DNA from: Candidatus Omnitrophota bacterium
GTDB lineage: Bacteria; Omnitrophota; Gorgyraeia; 1-14-0-20-64-10
Assembly (NCBI GenBank): GCA_023818695.1
Contig: JAMWCF010000001.1
Coordinates: 595,306-659,305 of the forward strand
Direction: 5' to 3'
Length of the DNA: 64,000 nucleotides
Shown here piece after piece: positions 60,981 to 64,000 of this stretch. The notes beneath the pieces are model-generated. The model was not told the DNA's origin. It saw only the letters and a list, made by a program, of their open reading frames with translations, and searched no databases. How positions within the stretch are numbered: position 1 is the first letter of the stretch; every line of letters begins with the position of its first letter. The position numbers and the translations under genes were made by a program.

Positions 60981-62012
60981 CTAGTTGGCCGCAGCGCCAA
61001 CTTCCTCCCGGCGAACAACACTCGATTCCTTCTGAAGCTGCTCAATCTCTGGGATATGCAACCGGGGTTCTTTGCTGAAAGGAAGGTTCCCCATCCCCAG
61101 CATCCGTCGGACCTTGTTCAGGATCCGGTACGGCATCAGCGAATAGCGAACCTTGTTGCTGTGTTCCTTCACCCAGTGAAGGCGGCGGGCCGTAGAGAGA
61201 GGGTGCAGATTCCATTTGGAGCGGAATTTGTCGAGTGACGCTGACGATCTGCCGACGTCCCACCGGTAGAGGAAATACCTTTTCGAGACCGGATCCAACC
61301 GGAAAATCCGCTCGTACTCGTACGCAACCACCGATTTCGGCTCCAGGAGGATCTTCTCTCCTGCGTTCCGGATCCGAAGGGAGTAATCCACATGCTCGGC
61401 AATGTTCAGGTCGTCCAGCGGCCCGATTTTGTCGAGCAGGGACTTCCGGAACAGGACCCCATGCCACTCGAAGAACTCCGACTCCTTCCGGCGGCGGTCC
61501 GGATACTGCTCGAGGGAGACTCCAGAATACGGCATCGTGCTGTCCAGTAAAATCTGGCCGTTGGCCATTCGTTTTCGCAGGAGCCGTCCCTCGGCGACGT
61601 GGATCTTGCGGGTCGGGTCGTTGAGCTTGACCGTCAGGTAAACAGGGTGAACACAGCCCACCTTCTCTTCGTCAGCGCAGGTCACCAGCGCCTCCAGCCA
61701 GCCAGCATCCACCTCCACGTCATTGTCGATAAAAACGACATACTCGGTGTCAACCAGCTTGATCGCCTGGTTGACAAACTCGTGCGGGTATCTGAACTTG
61801 TCGGACCAAATGATTTTACAGTTTGGTTTGGCCTTCTCCAGAGCGCGCAGTTCCTTCCGGATAAACTCCGGGGCATTCCCCTCCATGACCAGCATCTTGA
61901 AGATCGGGGAGGTCTTTTCATAGACTCCGCGGACCACCTCCGGGAACATGTTGAAGCTCTCCCGGGGGACAACTACCACGGTCGTACGGATAGGATTTTC
62001 ACGTTCGTTCAT
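60981..62012 (-). CDS. GT2-like glycosyltransferase, atypical subfamily (paralogue of 58304..59320)
   Basis: The ATG at 62012 is preceded by AAGGAG. TTVVVVPRESF...VFIDNDVEVDAGWL and FLYRWD...FRSKWN blocks are present. The track extension to 62294 is spurious. Confidence 0.7.
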   Translation of the reverse strand: MNERENPIRTTVVVVPRESFNMFPEVVRGVYEKTSPIFKMLVMEGNAPEFIRKELRALEKAKPNCKIIWSDKFRYPHEFVNQAIKLVDTEYVVFIDNDVEVDAGWLEALVTCADEEKVGCVHPVYLTVKLNDPTRKIHVAEGRLLRKRMANGQILLDSTMPYSGVSLEQYPDRRRKESEFFEWHGVLFRKSLLDKIGPLDDLNIAEHVDYSLRIRNAGEKILLEPKSVVAYEYERIFRLDPVSKRYFLYRWDVGRSSASLDKFRSKWNLHPLSTARRLHWVKEHSNKVRYSLMPYRILNKVRRMLGMGNLPFSKEPRLHIPEIEQLQKESSVVRREEVGAAAN

Positions 62013-62023
62013 TTTCTTCTCCT

Positions 62024-62986
62024 TTAAGCTCTTGAAAACGGGCAGGCGGGATTTACCGATCCGCGCAGGCGGCCGGTCCAGTGAGCAAACCGCTCCTTGA
62101 GGAACGACGTCTGGAACCGCCACCACAGCTCCGCCTGAAGCCGGGCCGATTCGCTTGCGCTTCCCTTTGCCCGGACGTACCGGATCCCCGCCTCGGCCAG
62201 CTTCTTCCAGCGCCAGGCCGGAATGATGCTCACCAGGTGGTGCCACTTCCAATCGGTCTGATGGGCCTGGGTGTAGCCGATGTCCACAAACCACTTCCTG
62301 TAAAACTCCGGCGTGACCCGTTCCGCTCCCACCTTGTGATGGACAACGGCCGATGGCTCATAATAGATTTCGGCTCCCTGTCTCGCCCAACGTTCGCACA
62401 GCTCAAAGTCCTCCCCGCCTACCCAGCGGTCCCCCCGGCGGCCGAGGGTCACGTCGAAGATGCCGTATTTTGGAAGCTTGGAGCGGCGCAGTGCGCAGTT
62501 GGTGGTCAGAAAAGCGGCATTGTCTGGCCCCAGCCGCTTGCGCTGGGATCCGTAGTCTACCCGCGGCATCGGACCCAGGAGGTCGTTTGAAAGCCACTCC
62601 GGCCGTGGCGTAAGCCACATCGGGATCACTTTGCCGCCTACCATATCGGCTCCTGTCTCCTGGAAACAGCGGGCGACGGCCCCCATCCAGCCGGGCTCCG
62701 CGACGGCATCGTCATCCATGAAAAGGACGATCTCTTCTCTGGCCGCCAGAAGGCCGCGGTTTCGGGCGTAGGCAATCCCCTGGCTCCTTTCAAGGACGTA
62801 CCGGACGGGAAAACCGCCCTGCCGAGCGAACTCTTCCACAACTTCCCTTGTCTGGTCCACGCTGTTGTTGTCGACCACAATGACCTCCCCGAGGATCCCG
62901 GCGGAAGCTTCCTGCCACAAAAGGGAGCGCAGGGTGTCCCTCAAACTCTCGCACCGGTTGTAGGTGCAGACGACGATGCTGATCAT
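62024..62986 (-). CDS. Family 2 glycosyltransferase
   Basis: The ATG at 62986 (TGATG junction) gives MISIVVCTYNRCESL, VIVVDNNSVD and FMDDDA. Confidence 0.85.
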   Translation of the reverse strand: MISIVVCTYNRCESLRDTLRSLLWQEASAGILGEVIVVDNNSVDQTREVVEEFARQGGFPVRYVLERSQGIAYARNRGLLAAREEIVLFMDDDAVAEPGWMGAVARCFQETGADMVGGKVIPMWLTPRPEWLSNDLLGPMPRVDYGSQRKRLGPDNAAFLTTNCALRRSKLPKYGIFDVTLGRRGDRWVGGEDFELCERWARQGAEIYYEPSAVVHHKVGAERVTPEFYRKWFVDIGYTQAHQTDWKWHHLVSIIPAWRWKKLAEAGIRYVRAKGSASESARLQAELWWRFQTSFLKERFAHWTGRLRGSVNPACPFSRA

Positions 62987-64000
62987 CAGGCCACCTGTGC
63001 CGGTCGAGAGCCGTTGCCGGTGCGGCTCAACGAATGGAGCTTCTCTCCAAGCTGGTCGGGCAACTCCCCTTTCAGGAAGATCCTGGCCCAGATCTCCACT
63101 CCAAGAAGGTTGTGCATGACGGTCGGCATCCGGTCCGCCCGGGCGACGATCGCTTCGGTCTCCTGTCGGCCCCATTTGAGAAGTTCGGAAGCCATCCCGG
63201 ATTTCAGCAAGCCGGATGCGGCGAGGAAAGTCCGCAGGGGAACCGCAAAGTGGATCTTCCTGGCGTGGGTGATTTCGGGGGGCAGCTTGTTTCCTCGCTC
63301 CGCCGCTTTCTTGACCACCCATTTCGTCTTCCCCTCGTTGTACTTCATCCACCGGGGGAAATGCATCCCCAGAGCCATCATCTCGTTCTCCAGAAACGGC
63401 ACCCGGGCCTCCACCGAGGCGGACATGCTAATCCGGTCGTTCCGGTGGAGGATCGCCTGGAGGTTGCCGTACCAATCCTCGAAGGCGCGGGCGAGGAACG
63501 CTCGGTCCTCGATCGGCTCAATCTTTTCCAGCTTCTTAAAGAGGGCTTCGTGCCGAAACAGCCGGCGGCCGCCGTCGCTCACGCTGGCGAACCGGATGAA
63601 CTCCTGGTCATCGGGGATCTGCTCCATACGGTAGAACGGATCTCGCTTGAGAGGACCAACGTCGATTGGCTCCAGCTTCGGATGGAGTTTGCCGGCCAGT
63701 CTGAAGGCCGGAATGTTAGGGATGAAACGGGAATGGAGCCGGCGCCTGCGCCACATCTGATAGGCCTTCACCTGCCAGGGATAGCCGCCGAACAGCTCGT
63801 CTGATCCCTCGCCGGTGACCACCACCTTGATTCCATCGGCGTGGCAGGCCCGGACCACCATGATGTACGGCATATCGTTGGCATGGCAGTTCGGCTGGTC
63901 CCCATGCCAGATCGCCGTCGGCCAAAGGCGCAGGAGCTCTTCCCGGTTGACGTTGATCCGCCGGACCTGGATGCCGGCATGCCGGCCGACCTTTTCCGCC
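62986..64000 (-). CDS. Asparagine synthase (glutamine-hydrolysing)-like amidotransferase, C-terminal part; gene continues past window end
   Basis: VVTGEGSDELFGGYPW is the synthetase-domain signature. The frame stays open upstream of the track ATG to position 64000 (...NVNREELLRLWPTAIWHGDQPNCHANDMPYIMV...). Its position matches the exosortase-associated amidotransferases. Confidence 0.85.
   Translation of the reverse strand, partial: AEKVGRHAGIQVRRINVNREELLRLWPTAIWHGDQPNCHANDMPYIMVVRACHADGIKVVVTGEGSDELFGGYPWQVKAYQMWRRRRLHSRFIPNIPAFRLAGKLHPKLEPIDVGPLKRDPFYRMEQIPDDQEFIRFASVSDGGRRLFRHEALFKKLEKIEPIEDRAFLARAFEDWYGNLQAILHRNDRISMSASVEARVPFLENEMMALGMHFPRWMKYNEGKTKWVVKKAAERGNKLPPEITHARKIHFAVPLRTFLAASGLLKSGMASELLKWGRQETEAIVARADRMPTVMHNLLGVEIWARIFLKGELPDQLGEKLHSLSRTGNGSRPAQVA

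Noticed and set aside
1-64000. Search for tRNA or rRNA genes, CRISPR arrays, IS elements, integrases and prophage remnants.
   Set aside because: I saw no repeat-spacer periodicity, no transposase- or integrase-like ORF and no cloverleaf-sized conserved non-coding segment. The few intergenic gaps (1892-2132, 7384-7491, 35417-35744, 37217-37467, 38254-38412) are accounted for by promoters and terminators. The excisionase-type HTH at 1706-1891 has no integrase or att-like context.

Overview
This is a 64-kb chromosomal segment from a GC-rich diderm bacterium whose taxon cannot be determined from the sequence. Typical coding lines count about 60-68% G+C. Nearly all genes lie on the minus strand in tightly overlapping operons. 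I saw no tRNA, rRNA, CRISPR array, IS element or prophage.

- **Left third:** a partial pilT, an excisionase-type HTH gene coupled to a fully degenerate GGDEF protein, and the mreB-mreC-mreD-mrdA-rodA shape operon. These are followed by aroA and a housekeeping super-operon (yggS-proC-yggT-PNP-ileS-dksA-like-lspA-lgt-rluD).
- **Middle:** an eight-gene translationally coupled operon built around an arginine N-succinyltransferase (AstA) homologue with non-canonical partners.
- **Right two thirds:** a self-contained sigma-54 / PEP-CTERM / exosortase system.
  - Regulatory genes: rpoN, and an operon encoding a soluble PAS histidine kinase, an NtrC-type activator and a PocR-like/GAF sensor.
  - Sorting genes and substrates: an operon of mini PEP-CTERM protein, unknown membrane protein, TPR lipoprotein, exosortase and EpsI, plus two further PEP-CTERM genes and a priming sugar transferase.
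  - A glycan locus of about 25 kb on one strand, with 12 glycosyltransferase genes, 2 CE4 deacetylases, 2 O-antigen-ligase-like paralogues, a metallophosphoesterase/GH123-like fusion and a decayed methyltransferase. It runs off the window at an asparagine-synthase-like amidotransferase.

The most interesting signals are read directly from the DNA:
- Three near-identical -24/-12 promoters precede every PEP-CTERM transcription unit.
- A consensus sigma-54 element is nested inside a consensus sigma-70 promoter in front of rpoN.
- A Gly/Ser/Phe-rich mini-protein carries both a lipobox-like signal and a PEP-CTERM tail, and heads the exosortase operon.
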